The notes: generated by a model from the sequence alone, not told the origin. Numbered from the stretch's first letter, positions 1-10,115 are shown. The stretch is 64,000 nucleotides of DNA from Limnothrix sp. BL-A-16 (GCA_041937175.2 CP166615.1:1504001-1568000), one strand, 5' to 3'. Translations and numbers: made by a program.

Positions 1-2960
1 CAACTGTCCCCAATCCCTACGAAGACCGCACCCAGTCGATCGCCCGGGAATTAATCCAGGCGACCCAAACCAAAAAAGGCTTCCTGGCCCAAATGCGCGA
101 CCAGATGAAGCTCGACGACAAGCTGATGGATTGGACCATGAGCAATCCCGGCTTGAAGGTGCAATTGTTTCGGTTCATCGACTGCCTGCCTGCATTGCAA
201 TCGAACCCCGAAATTGCCGCCCACCTGCGGGAATATTTAACGACTGAAGAGGTGGAACTGCCCGACCTGCTCAAGAACTTGCTGAATTTTTCTGACCCGC
301 GATCGATGCCCGGCCAGGTGGCGGCAACGACCGTGAGTACGGCAGTGAAGACGCTGGCCCAGAAGTACATTTCCGGCGAGACGATCGAGCAGGCGATTCG
401 GACGATCGAGCGGCTGCGCAAGGACAAAATGGCCTTCACCGTCGATTTGCTCGGCGAGGCGGTGATCACGGAGGTGGAGGCGCAACAGTACCTCGATCGC
501 TACCTGGATTTGATGGAGCAGTTGGCGACGGCGGCCCAGCGCTGGCCAACGATCGCCCAAATCGATGAGGCGGACGGTCAGCCCCTGCCCAAGGTGCAAG
601 TGTCCGTGAAGCTGACGGCGTTCTATTCCCAGTTTGACCCGCTGGATGTGGCGGGATCCCAGGCGAAAACGGCCGATCGGGCGCGGGTGTTGCTGCGGCG
701 GGCTAAGGAATTGGGCGCGGCGGTGCACTTCGACATGGAGCAATACAAATATAAGGATGCGACGCTGGCGGCGTTGAAAGCGGTGTTGATGGAGCCGGAG
801 TTCCGCGATCGCACGGATATCGGTCTGACGCTGCAAGCCTATTTGCGCGATTCCTACGCCGATTTGCAAGGCGTGGTGGCCTGGGCGAAGGAGCGCGGCA
901 CACCCGTGACCGTGCGGCTCGTGAAGGGAGCCTATTGGGATCAGGAAACAATCCAATCGGTGCAAAAGGATTGGCCCCAGCCGGTGTTTAACGACAAGGC
1001 GGCGACGGATGCGAACTACGAAGCGATGACCCAACTGCTGCTGGAGAGCCATGCTCACTTGTATGCGGCGCTGGGAACCCACAATGCCCGATCGGCCGCG
1101 AAGGCGATCGCCGTGGCAGAAAAGGTGGGCGCACCCCGGCGGGCTTTTGAGCTGCAAGTGCTCTACGGCATGGCGGACAAACTGGGCAAAACCCTGGCGG
1201 ACAAGGGCTATCGGGTGCGGGTCTATTGCCCCTACGGCGACTTGATCCCCGGCATGGCCTACCTGATTCGGCGGCTGCTGGAGAACACGGCCAACTCGTC
1301 GTTCTTGCGCCAAAGCAGCCTGGGTGAGCGGGAACTGAACGAACTGGCCGCCGCGCCGCAACCGAATGATGCGGCCTATGAAACGGCGGTTCCCTTTGAC
1401 AATGCGCCGGACACGGACTATTCGCGGCAGAATTTGCGGGATCCAGCCCTGGCGGCGATCGCCCAGGTGCGATCGCAGTTGGGACAGCTTTACCGGCCGC
1501 TGATTGCCGGTCGGCGGGTGGAAACCAGTGAAACGATCGCCTCGGAAAATCCCTCAAAACCCCAGGAGCTGATCGGCAAGGTGGGTCTCGCCAGTATTGA
1601 GCAGGCCGACGAGGCGATCGCGGCGGCCAAGGCGGCCTTCCCGGCCTGGAAAGCCACCTCAGCCAAGGAACGGGCGGCGATCCTGCGGAAGGCGGCCGAC
1701 CTGATGGAAGCGCGGCGGGCAGAGTTGTCGGCTTGGACTTGTTTGGAAGTGGGCAAAGCCTTGCGCCAAGCGGATCCCGAAGTGTCCGAGGCGATCGACT
1801 TTTGCCGCTACTACGCCGACGAAATGGAGCGGCTGGATGCGGGCGTGGCCTACGACTACCCCGGCGAAACCAACCGCTACGCCTACCAACCGAAGGGGAT
1901 CACGTTGGTGATTTCGCCCTGGAATTTCCCCCTGGCGATTCCGGTGGGCATGACCGTGGCTTCGCTGGTGACGGGCAATTGCACGATCCTGAAACCCGCC
2001 GAAACCTCCTCGGTGATTGCCGCCAAATTCATTGAAATCCTGGTAGAAGCGGGCATTCCCGAGGGCGTGCTGCAATACGTTCCGGCGCGTGGCTCGACGG
2101 CGGGGGCGCATATGGTCAAGCACCCGGATGTGCATACGATCGTCTTCACCGGCTCCCAGGAAGTGGGCTGCTGGATCTATGCCAACGCGGCGATTTTACA
2201 ACCGGGTCAGAAGCACCTGAAGCGGGTGATCGCGGAGATGGGCGGCAAAAATGCGATCGTCGTGGATGAGAGCGCCGACCTGGATCAGGCGGTGCAGGGC
2301 GTGGTGGATTCGGCCTTTGGCTACAGCGGCCAAAAGTGTTCCGCTTGCTCCCGGGCGATCGTGCTTGCGCCGATTTACGAGGCGTTTGTGGAGCGGCTGG
2401 TGGAGGCGGTGAAGTCCCTGAACATTGGCCCGGCGGACGATCCGAGCGTCAAGGTGGGGCCGGTGATTGATGGCACGTCCCAGGCTCGCATCCGCGACTA
2501 CATCGCCAAGGGCAAGGCAGAATCGACCCTGGCGATCGAGCTGCCGGCCCCCGAGGGTGGTTATTTTGTGGGGCCGACGGTGTTCCGCGATGTGCCCCCG
2601 ACGGCGGCGATCGCCCAGGAGGAGATCTTTGGGCCGGTGTTGGCGGTGATCAAAGCAGAGAATTTCGATCAGGCTTTGGCGATCGCCAACGGGACGCAAT
2701 TTGCGCTGACGGGGGGGCTTTATTCCCGCACGCCGTCGCACATCGATCGGGCGGCCTGGGAGTTCGAGGTGGGTAACTTATATATCAACCGGAACATTAC
2801 GGGGGCGATCGTGGCGCGGCAACCGTTCGGCGGGTTCAAGCTCTCGGGGGTTGGCTCGAAGGCGGGCGGCCCGGACTATCTGTTGCAATTCCTGGAGCCG
2901 CGTGTGGTGACGGAAAACGTCCAGCGCCAAGGCTTCGCGCCAGTCGAGGGGTTTGAATAG
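1..2960 (+). CDS. putA: Bifunctional proline dehydrogenase / L-glutamate gamma-semialdehyde dehydrogenase (5' end probably just outside the window)
   Basis: PRODH motifs (VDLLGE, VRLVKGAYWDQE, YLIRRLLENTAN) and ALDH motifs (PWNFP, EMGGKN, GQKCSA, EEIFGP). The frame is open upstream of the ATG at 93 back to the window start. Confidence 0.95.
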   Translation, partial: TVPNPYEDRTQSIARELIQATQTKKGFLAQMRDQMKLDDKLMDWTMSNPGLKVQLFRFIDCLPALQSNPEIAAHLREYLTTEEVELPDLLKNLLNFSDPRSMPGQVAATTVSTAVKTLAQKYISGETIEQAIRTIERLRKDKMAFTVDLLGEAVITEVEAQQYLDRYLDLMEQLATAAQRWPTIAQIDEADGQPLPKVQVSVKLTAFYSQFDPLDVAGSQAKTADRARVLLRRAKELGAAVHFDMEQYKYKDATLAALKAVLMEPEFRDRTDIGLTLQAYLRDSYADLQGVVAWAKERGTPVTVRLVKGAYWDQETIQSVQKDWPQPVFNDKAATDANYEAMTQLLLESHAHLYAALGTHNARSAAKAIAVAEKVGAPRRAFELQVLYGMADKLGKTLADKGYRVRVYCPYGDLIPGMAYLIRRLLENTANSSFLRQSSLGERELNELAAAPQPNDAAYETAVPFDNAPDTDYSRQNLRDPALAAIAQVRSQLGQLYRPLIAGRRVETSETIASENPSKPQELIGKVGLASIEQADEAIAAAKAAFPAWKATSAKERAAILRKAADLMEARRAELSAWTCLEVGKALRQADPEVSEAIDFCRYYADEMERLDAGVAYDYPGETNRYAYQPKGITLVISPWNFPLAIPVGMTVASLVTGNCTILKPAETSSVIAAKFIEILVEAGIPEGVLQYVPARGSTAGAHMVKHPDVHTIVFTGSQEVGCWIYANAAILQPGQKHLKRVIAEMGGKNAIVVDESADLDQAVQGVVDSAFGYSGQKCSACSRAIVLAPIYEAFVERLVEAVKSLNIGPADDPSVKVGPVIDGTSQARIRDYIAKGKAESTLAIELPAPEGGYFVGPTVFRDVPPTAAIAQEEIFGPVLAVIKAENFDQALAIANGTQFALTGGLYSRTPSHIDRAAWEFEVGNLYINRNITGAIVARQPFGGFKLSGVGSKAGGPDYLLQFLEPRVVTENVQRQGFAPVEGFE

Positions 2961-2981
2961 GGGCGATCGGTAAGAATCAGG

Positions 2982-3022
2982 AGAGGGTGCGCGGCCGAGG
3001 TGCGATCGGTCGTGCGCCCTCT
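2982..3022 (+). terminator. GC-rich hairpin after putA (terminator or REP-like)
   Basis: agagggtgcgcggccga...tcggtcgtgcgccctct inverted repeat about 20 bp after the stop; no clear U-tract. Confidence 0.45.
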
Positions 3023-3299
3023 GATGGATTGTTGGAAAGCTATTGCTAGCCAATCTGACCCAACTCCAGGAACTCATCTTCCGTACTGGCAGTTTCCATA
3101 AGTTGTAAAATATGAAACTTCTGACCAAAACTCAACACTCCTCTTGTTACTGTAGTACACTATCTAAGCGAAGTAGGCTTGGGCAAAAGATCATAATTTT
3201 TGTCTGATGTCTAAGACAGAATGAACCAGCAGAAAATTCTCTTCATGTCTGGTAAATCTCTAAACTGAACGACAAAGATAAAAAAGAGTCAAAATACCG

Positions 3300-5801
3300 A
3301 TGATAATGAAAGAAGGATATATAGCAGACTTTGTTAGCGGACTGTCTGTCCGCGCCACACCCGAAGAAATAGAAGCTGTGCAAGTATTTTCAAAGATGCT
3401 TGTTGATGACTATGGCTATCCTAAAGAACTAATTCAAACTCGACCGCAGTGGCGAGTAAAAGCTCGTCCGTCAGATACGCGAAAAGAGTATCCAGTTGAT
3501 ATTGCAGTTTTCAATTCACAAGATCATAAAGAAGACAATATTGAAATTATTGTTGAATGTAAAAAAGCCAACCGAAAAGATGGTCGTACACAACTGGAAG
3601 ACTATCTCCGCTTTTCTACTTCTCAATTGGGTGTATGGTTTAACGGAGAGGAGAAGCTTTTCTTAAAAAAGACTGAGACAAAAGGGAAGGTGATATTTGA
3701 AGAGATTCCTAATATACCGAAGTTTGGAGAACGGCTTGAAGATATCGGTCTTTACAAGCGAAAAGACTTGAAGCCAGCACATAATCTGAAAAGTGTATTT
3801 CGGACTATCCGCAATTATCTCGCGGCTAATGCAGTTGGCATCACGCGCGATGAAGTTTTTGCGCAGCAGATAATTAATTTGATTTTTTGCAAGATCTACG
3901 ACGAACGATTCACAAAGCCAGAGGATACGGTCAAGTTTCGTGCTGGTATTGGTGAAAAGACATCCACAGTAAAGGATCGAATTCAACAGATTTTTGACCA
4001 CGTAAAGACAAAATATTCAGATGTGGTTGACAAAGCGGATGAGATTCTTCTTGATAACAATTCTCTCACTTATGTAGTTGGCGAATTACAGCTCTTCTGT
4101 TTAATTGATAGTGAACGCGATGCAATAGCAGATGCATTTGAAACTTTCATTGGTCCTTCACTGAAAGGTGGGCAGGGACAATTCTTTACTCCTCGTAACG
4201 TTGTCAAGCTGATCATTGAAATGGTCAATCCGACTACTGACGAGAAAGTGATTGACCCTGCATGTGGCAGCGGAGGTTTTCTAGTAGAAACAATACGGAA
4301 TGTATGGAAACATGTTGAGGAAAAAGGGATTTTGTTCGGTTGGCCGGAGTCAGAAATAGCTTCGGAGAAGCAAGAAGTAGCAATCAAGAACTTCCGGGGT
4401 ATCGATAAAGATAACTTTTTAAGCAAGGTTGCTAAGGCATACATGGCTATTGTTGGAGATGGCCGAGGGGGTGTTTATTGTGAAAACAGTCTCGATACTC
4501 CCAATCATTGGAAGCCCCTTGCTCGTGAAAACGTTCCCATTGGCTCATTCGATGTTGTTGTGACCAATCCTCCATTCGGGAAAAAACTCAAGATTGATGA
4601 CAAAACAATTCTTGAGTCTTATAAGTTGGGCCATAAATGGTCTTCCAACAAGGCGACCGGAGAGTTTGAACAACAGAATACACTGCACGCAGGACAAGCA
4701 CCACAAATCTTATTCATTGAGCGTTGCTTAGAGCTTCTGAAGGAGGGAGGACGACTTGGGATTATTGCCCCAGAAAGCATGTTCTGTAATCCATCGCACC
4801 GATACATTGTTCAATACATCAAATCAGTAGCTCGAATCAAAGCAATCGTTTCACTTCCTGAAGAATTATTTCAGCCCCACACACATGCAAAAACATGTGC
4901 GGTCGTCATTGAAAAGATTCCGACTGCTCACGATACTGGGCATGAAATATTTATGGCTATCGCAAAGTGGTGTGGTCATGACTCACGAGGACTACCCATA
5001 CCACATGATGACCTACCAAGAATACTAGAGAAGTATCTTGACTATACAGAGCAAGGAAGCCTGACCTATGATAATTGGGGTTTCATTATCAATGAAACCG
5101 ATATTCGGGATAATGTCTACCTCCCGAAATACTACAACCCAGAGATTCCGAAGAAATTGCAAACGCTAGAGGATACACATAATCTCTTGGTATTTGGCGA
5201 TTTGGTTGAACAAGGAGTCATAACAATTTCAACCGGCCACGAGGTTAGAAAATTATCCTATGGAACTGGAAACATTCCCTTTATACGTACATCAGATATT
5301 GCAAACTGGGAGATAAAGCTTGATCCCAAACAAGGCTTATCTGAAGACATCTATGAAGACTATAAGGATAGACAAGACGTTCAGGAAAATGACATCTTAA
5401 TGGTTCGTGACGGTACTTACCTTGTTGGAACCTGCGCACTAATCACGCAATATGACACTAAGATTGTTTATCAGAGCCATATCTACAAGATACGGTCTAA
5501 TAATCATGACATTCTTCATCCATATCTATTGCTTGCAGTCCTCACTAGCCCAATCGTGAAGGAACAGATATTCGCCAAACGGTTTACGCAAGATATCATT
5601 GATACTCTTGGTAGTCGAATTCATGAGCTTATCCTACCGATACCAAGGACGGCTCATCAGAGACAGGCAATTATAGAGAATGTGGGGACAGTGATTAGCC
5701 ATAAGAACGCTGCCCGAGAACTGGCGAGAAAAACTATTCTTGGCGTAGCGCCGGTTGGAGACAATTCGGATGTAACTGAGTTTTTAACAATGTCTAAATA
5801 G
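3300..5801 (+). CDS. Fused restriction-modification protein: HsdR_N-like nuclease + N6-adenine MTase + C-terminal specificity domain (type IIG-like)
   Basis: N-terminal PD-(D/E)xK-like VDIAVF...IVECK; MTase motifs GQFFTPR, DPACGSGGFL, NPPFG; C-terminal HsdS/TRD-like region (IPFIRTSDI, DILMVRDGT, LILPIP). Visibly AT-rich and HIP1-poor. Confidence 0.85.
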   Translation: MIMKEGYIADFVSGLSVRATPEEIEAVQVFSKMLVDDYGYPKELIQTRPQWRVKARPSDTRKEYPVDIAVFNSQDHKEDNIEIIVECKKANRKDGRTQLEDYLRFSTSQLGVWFNGEEKLFLKKTETKGKVIFEEIPNIPKFGERLEDIGLYKRKDLKPAHNLKSVFRTIRNYLAANAVGITRDEVFAQQIINLIFCKIYDERFTKPEDTVKFRAGIGEKTSTVKDRIQQIFDHVKTKYSDVVDKADEILLDNNSLTYVVGELQLFCLIDSERDAIADAFETFIGPSLKGGQGQFFTPRNVVKLIIEMVNPTTDEKVIDPACGSGGFLVETIRNVWKHVEEKGILFGWPESEIASEKQEVAIKNFRGIDKDNFLSKVAKAYMAIVGDGRGGVYCENSLDTPNHWKPLARENVPIGSFDVVVTNPPFGKKLKIDDKTILESYKLGHKWSSNKATGEFEQQNTLHAGQAPQILFIERCLELLKEGGRLGIIAPESMFCNPSHRYIVQYIKSVARIKAIVSLPEELFQPHTHAKTCAVVIEKIPTAHDTGHEIFMAIAKWCGHDSRGLPIPHDDLPRILEKYLDYTEQGSLTYDNWGFIINETDIRDNVYLPKYYNPEIPKKLQTLEDTHNLLVFGDLVEQGVITISTGHEVRKLSYGTGNIPFIRTSDIANWEIKLDPKQGLSEDIYEDYKDRQDVQENDILMVRDGTYLVGTCALITQYDTKIVYQSHIYKIRSNNHDILHPYLLLAVLTSPIVKEQIFAKRFTQDIIDTLGSRIHELILPIPRTAHQRQAIIENVGTVISHKNAARELARKTILGVAPVGDNSDVTEFLTMSK

Positions 5802-6068
5802 CCAACGATACTGAGATTTGCCCTGTTTGGCTCAGTATTGCGCGACGACTTTCGCCCCGACAGCGACATTGATGTTTTAGTCAGCTTCGCCCCCACCGCC
5901 CAACGAGGACTCACGGAAACCCTGCAAATTCGTGATGAACTCGGAGCACTATTCGGCCGTTCCGTTGACTCGTTGGTAAAAGCCGCGATCGAGCGGAGCG
6001 ACAACTGGTTACGCCGCCAAAACATCCTCAACACTGCCCGAGTGATTTACCCTTCACCCCAATCTTGA
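5802..6068 (+). pseudogene. N-terminally truncated minimal nucleotidyltransferase (MNT antitoxin family)
   Basis: FALFGSVLRDDFRPDSDIDVLV (GS..DxD motif) begins in frame a few codons after the RM gene's TAG, with no ATG before the motif; no HEPN/DUF86 partner follows. Confidence 0.75.
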
Positions 6069-6100
6069 GGGTTGACCATGCCAGCTTCCCCGATCGCCCA
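6062..6100 (+). repeat. 39-bp direct repeat, copy 1 (copy 2 at 6894-6932)
   Basis: atcttgagggttgaccatgccagcttccccgatcgccca; 3 mismatches to copy 2. Confidence 0.85.
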
Positions 6101-6175
6101 AAGCTAAAATAATTAAAGTACGACTCTCATCAGAAATAATCCTTATCCCACGCCCAATATTGGGAGTCCAACACA

Positions 6176-6859
6176 ATGCCCCAATCAACCATTCAGCTAG
6201 AGTCTGTCCACCATTCATCCAACGTCATTCTTGATCATTGGCAGCGCGGAACCTGGGAAGAATTCATCGCGATCGCGGGAGAGACTGAAACCAATAGTCG
6301 CGATGATCTACGCAGTTATTATCAAGATGGTTGGATGCGCTTTGAAATGACACCCCTCGGCCCCGAACACGCTCGAAATAATGCAATTCCGCTGGATGTT
6401 GCCAACCTATACGCAGCCTTCCAGAGGCGCAAAATTGTGCGCTACATCAATCCCTCAATGCGGAAACGTGGCGAAAAAGAGTCACAACCCGACCTAGCGT
6501 TTTATATCGATCGCGATCTCAAAGACCTGCCAACCGGGAATGCACCGATCGACCTCGATCGCTTTGATCCACCCTCTCTCGTCGTCGAAGTCGGCGCAAG
6601 CAGTTTTGCGGATGACGTGGGTATGAAACGGCTGCTATACGAGCGGCTTGGCGTGGCGGAATATTGGGTGGTTAACGTCGAAGCGCGATCGGTCATTGGA
6701 TTCGCGATCGCCGATCGGGGCAGCCGAGAAATTCAAGTCTCGCAAGTGTTGCCGGGTTTAGAATTGTCGATTATTACCGAAGCACTGCAACGGCTCGATC
6801 GCGAAGATGACGGACAAATCACCCGCTGGCTAATCGATCAGTTCCAGGAGAAATCTTGA
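6176..6859 (+). CDS. Uma2 family (DUF820) putative endonuclease
   Basis: EMTPLGPEHA, QPDLAFY, LVVEV, KRLLYERLGVAEYWVV. Confidence 0.9.
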   Translation: MPQSTIQLESVHHSSNVILDHWQRGTWEEFIAIAGETETNSRDDLRSYYQDGWMRFEMTPLGPEHARNNAIPLDVANLYAAFQRRKIVRYINPSMRKRGEKESQPDLAFYIDRDLKDLPTGNAPIDLDRFDPPSLVVEVGASSFADDVGMKRLLYERLGVAEYWVVNVEARSVIGFAIADRGSREIQVSQVLPGLELSIITEALQRLDREDDGQITRWLIDQFQEKS

Positions 6860-6893
6860 GTCAAAATGCCAAAGTTATCGATTCCTTACGCTG

Positions 6894-6932
6894 ATCTTGC
6901 GGGTTGACCATGCCAACCTCCCCGATCGCCCA
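6894..6932 (+). repeat. 39-bp direct repeat, copy 2
   Basis: atcttgcgggttgaccatgccaacctccccgatcgccca. Confidence 0.85.
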
Positions 6933-7012
6933 GAAACTTACCGATTAAAATACTAAGTAGATTAGCCGTCAGGAAAAATGACGATTACAGCCAGCACAGC
7001 CAGAAATCGATC

Positions 7013-7432
7013 ATGCCCGCCAAAGATATTTTCCATGATTGTGTCAAAAATTCTCTAGTCAAAGCAGGCTGGACAATCACCCATGATCCCTTTCGGATTC
7101 GACTAACGCGCAAAAACCTCTTTGTTGATCTCGGTGCCGAGCGATTAATTGCAGCCGATCGGGATACAGAAAAAATTGCCGTTGAAATCAAAAGCTTCAC
7201 CCGTGCCTCCGACATCAAAGATTTAGAAGATGCCCTCGGTCAATTTATTCTCTATGAACGACTTCTCTTACGCTACGCTCCCGAAAGAACCCTTTATTTA
7301 GCCGTCACCCATTCAGTCTACAAGACTGTTTTTGAAGAAGAAGCTGGCCAAATACTGCTGGAAGATAAGTTAATTCGCTTGCTGACATTCGACCCTAAGC
7401 AGGAGGTTATTAAGCAATGGATTTCAACTTAG
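7013..7432 (+). CDS. xisH: XisH family protein (element excision factor, PD-(D/E)xK fold)
   Basis: MPAKDIFHDCVKNSLVKAGWTITHDP, DLGAE, IAVEIKSF, ALGQF. Confidence 0.92.
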   Translation: MPAKDIFHDCVKNSLVKAGWTITHDPFRIRLTRKNLFVDLGAERLIAADRDTEKIAVEIKSFTRASDIKDLEDALGQFILYERLLLRYAPERTLYLAVTHSVYKTVFEEEAGQILLEDKLIRLLTFDPKQEVIKQWIST

Positions 7433-7755
7433 AAACCGGCCAATCAATCATTCGGAAAATTTTCAACAGTTATATTGAATTCTTAGGGACAAGTGATGAT
7501 GTCCAGCTAGAAGCAATCATCGACACCCAAAATCACCATTATCTGTTGGTCGAAGTTGGCTGGCACAATGGACGACGCATCTATGGCACGCTTCTACACA
7601 TTGACATCATTAATCAGAAGCTTTGGATTCAACAAGATGGGACAGAAGAAGGAATCGCCGATGAACTAGTTGCTTTAGGAATTCCCAAACATCACATTGT
7701 TCTGGGGTTTAAACCCAGCGATCGCCGTCAACTCACTGAATTTTCGGTTTCCTAA
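7417..7755 (+). CDS. xisI: XisI family protein
   Basis: HYLLVEVGW, LHIDI, IQQDGTEEGIADELVALGIPKHHIVLGF; overlaps the xisH end. Confidence 0.92.
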   Translation: MDFNLETGQSIIRKIFNSYIEFLGTSDDVQLEAIIDTQNHHYLLVEVGWHNGRRIYGTLLHIDIINQKLWIQQDGTEEGIADELVALGIPKHHIVLGFKPSDRRQLTEFSVS

Positions 7756-7794
7756 ACCCCTAATCAGAACCATCTGCCTAGTCAAGCGGAATGC

Positions 7795-7832
7795 AAAGCC
7801 TAAAATATTAGTAAAAGCCTAAAATATTCGTA
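7795..7832 (+). repeat. 19-bp tandem duplication containing TAAAAT upstream of GST
   Basis: aaagcctaaaatattagta / aaagcctaaaatattcgta. Confidence 0.75.
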
Positions 7833-7846
7833 GAGGTGCAGGCTCT

Positions 7847-8488
7847 ATGTTGAAGTTTTATTTCAATCCAATTTCAGTCAACGCTCGCCGAGTTTGGGTT
7901 GCACTGCTCGAAAAACAAATTCCCTTTGAGCCAATTTTGGTGAACTTAGATGGAGATCAATTTCACGATGATTTCACAGCAATTAATCCACTTCAGCGAG
8001 TTCCTGTAATCGTTGATGATGGATTTCGGGTGGTCGAGTCCTTGGCAATTTTAGACTACCTAGAGGCAAAGCATCCCACGCCATCGTTAATGCCTAGTGC
8101 CCCCGAGGAGATCGCAATTGTGCGAATGGTTGAAACGATTACCGTGGTTGAAGTTCAACCAGCCACAATTCCCCTAACCCTACCAAGGGTCGGGTTAGAC
8201 GTTGAGCCTTGGAAGCTAGAAGCCGCTCAACAGCGAATCGCGATCGCATTGCAGTTCTTGGAAGAACTACTCAATGGAAAAACCTACTTTGTCAACGAAG
8301 AATTGACACTCGCAGATGTTGTAGCTGGAACCTTAATTCCTTCCCTACCTCTCGAGAACTATCCACACTTAAAAGCTTGGTCAGAACGATTAGCTCAACG
8401 AGAAAGCTGGCAACAAACTGTTGCTGATCCAGAGGTAATTAAGGCAGCCCTTCCCAATATTCAAAAAATCCTTGAGCGTCGGTTCTAG
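7847..8488 (+). CDS. Glutathione S-transferase family protein
   Basis: INPLQRVPVIVD, ESLAILDYL, LTLADV. Confidence 0.92.
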   Translation: MLKFYFNPISVNARRVWVALLEKQIPFEPILVNLDGDQFHDDFTAINPLQRVPVIVDDGFRVVESLAILDYLEAKHPTPSLMPSAPEEIAIVRMVETITVVEVQPATIPLTLPRVGLDVEPWKLEAAQQRIAIALQFLEELLNGKTYFVNEELTLADVVAGTLIPSLPLENYPHLKAWSERLAQRESWQQTVADPEVIKAALPNIQKILERRF

Positions 8489-8630
8489 CGATCGCAGCCC
8501 AACCCAGCATCCTGAGTGATGGAATCGGTTACCAGTCGCTCTTGGGATAACGGAGACATAAACCAAGGTGTTTCAAGCTAAGGCTCGACCTACAGCGATC
8601 GATACTCAGTTCAAATTTGACCCCAGAGCC

Positions 8631-10115
8631 TTAGTCCTGTCCAGCAGGAACCCATACCGAAACAGAGCCGCCTTCACAACGAAATTCGCCCCAGCCTTCG
8701 TCATTCGTTAGCACTGGCTCGCTAATATGCTCAGTCAAATCAATATAGGTACAGTTCTTTTGCCCAACTTCCATGGACTTAGTGCCCGCATCTCCATTGC
8801 TCAAAAGAACAGCCATTCCTCCTGGATGTTCTGCATCCCCTAGCCTTGTCCATCCAATGGTATTGGCGTGATCAAAGTAGTCAAACTGCTCGCCATAGGC
8901 ATAGGTTTGACGCGCCCATAGGAACTTGTCAATCAACCATTGATGGCTATCCAGCCAAATTTCATATTCCCCACCATCTTGGCCATTGTCGGTGTAATGA
9001 GCACCATAATAATCAGCATAAAAAATGCAAGGATACCCATCACGCCTCAGCAGAATCAAGGCATAAGCTAAGGGTTTAAACCAAGCTTCAACCACTGACT
9101 CTAGCGATTGCAGCGGCTGAGAATCATGATTGTCAACGAGCGTCACCGCTAACGATGGTTGCTGCTGAACTAGGGTATTGTCAAAAATTTGCCGTAAATC
9201 GTAGTCGTTTCCCGCAACACTGGCTGCACTAAAGTTGTAGTGCAGCGGGGCATCAAACAGCGTAATATCGCCGCCGGTCACTTCAATAAAATGATTCAGC
9301 GCCTCTACTTCATAGGACCAGTATTCACCAACTGCAAACAATCGACGACCGGTTTCTTTTCTCAGGTAGTTTAACCACTCAGAAAAGAAGTTTGCCTTGA
9401 TATGTTTGACAGCATCAAACCGAAAACCATCGACATTGGTTAAGTCAACATACCAAGTGCCCCAACGATTTAGCTCATCGCGCACTTCTGGATTGTCCAT
9501 ATCCAGATCACAACCCATCAAATAGTCAAAGTTACCCTTTTCTAGGTCAACCTCGTTCTCAAAGGACTTGTCTTTAAATAGATAAATGGCATGTTCAGAT
9601 TCATTATCGGCATTGTAATCCACAGCATCAAAATGCCACCAATGCCATTCCATTGCGGAATACATTCCATTACGGCCGGGAAATGTAAAATGCGTCCAGG
9701 CTTTAATGGTTTGATAATCACCGATCGGGTGGTTGCGATCGTCTGGATTCAGGGGAATGGCCTCTGCATCCTCAGCATGATCGGCTCCCAGTTTATGGTT
9801 TAGAACAACGTCCGCATAGACTTGTATTCCAGCACGCTGAACAGCAGCGATCGCCTTGAGATATTCATCTTTTGTGCCATATTTGGTGCGAACTGATCCT
9901 TTTTGATCAAACTCACCCAAATCAAAAATGTCATAGACACCATAGCCCACATCGTAGCCACCACCTGCGCATTTATAAGCAGGAGGCAACCACAGGGAAG
10001 TAATACCAACCTTGGCTAGGGCCTCAGCATTTTCTGCTAACTGATTCCACAGATTGCCATCGGGGGGCAAATACCAGTGGAAGTACTGCATCATCACGCC
10101 ATTGAGATCAGACAT
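8631..10115 (-). CDS. amyA: Cytoplasmic alpha-amylase (GH13)
   Basis: MMQYFHWY, DVVLNHK, DGFRFDAVKH, VGEYW, VDNHDSQ; no signal peptide. Confidence 0.92.
   Translation of the reverse strand: MSDLNGVMMQYFHWYLPPDGNLWNQLAENAEALAKVGITSLWLPPAYKCAGGGYDVGYGVYDIFDLGEFDQKGSVRTKYGTKDEYLKAIAAVQRAGIQVYADVVLNHKLGADHAEDAEAIPLNPDDRNHPIGDYQTIKAWTHFTFPGRNGMYSAMEWHWWHFDAVDYNADNESEHAIYLFKDKSFENEVDLEKGNFDYLMGCDLDMDNPEVRDELNRWGTWYVDLTNVDGFRFDAVKHIKANFFSEWLNYLRKETGRRLFAVGEYWSYEVEALNHFIEVTGGDITLFDAPLHYNFSAASVAGNDYDLRQIFDNTLVQQQPSLAVTLVDNHDSQPLQSLESVVEAWFKPLAYALILLRRDGYPCIFYADYYGAHYTDNGQDGGEYEIWLDSHQWLIDKFLWARQTYAYGEQFDYFDHANTIGWTRLGDAEHPGGMAVLLSNGDAGTKSMEVGQKNCTYIDLTEHISEPVLTNDEGWGEFRCEGGSVSVWVPAGQD

Noticed and set aside
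237..1361. Long antisense ORFs (374 aa here; also 34429-35361 and 37098-38354)
   Set aside because: Shadow frames of GC-rich genes with no recognisable motifs.
3024..3101. 25-codon ORF MDCWKAIASQ... before the RM gene as a controller protein or the missing MNT N-terminus
   Set aside because: Too short, with no HTH or MNT resemblance.
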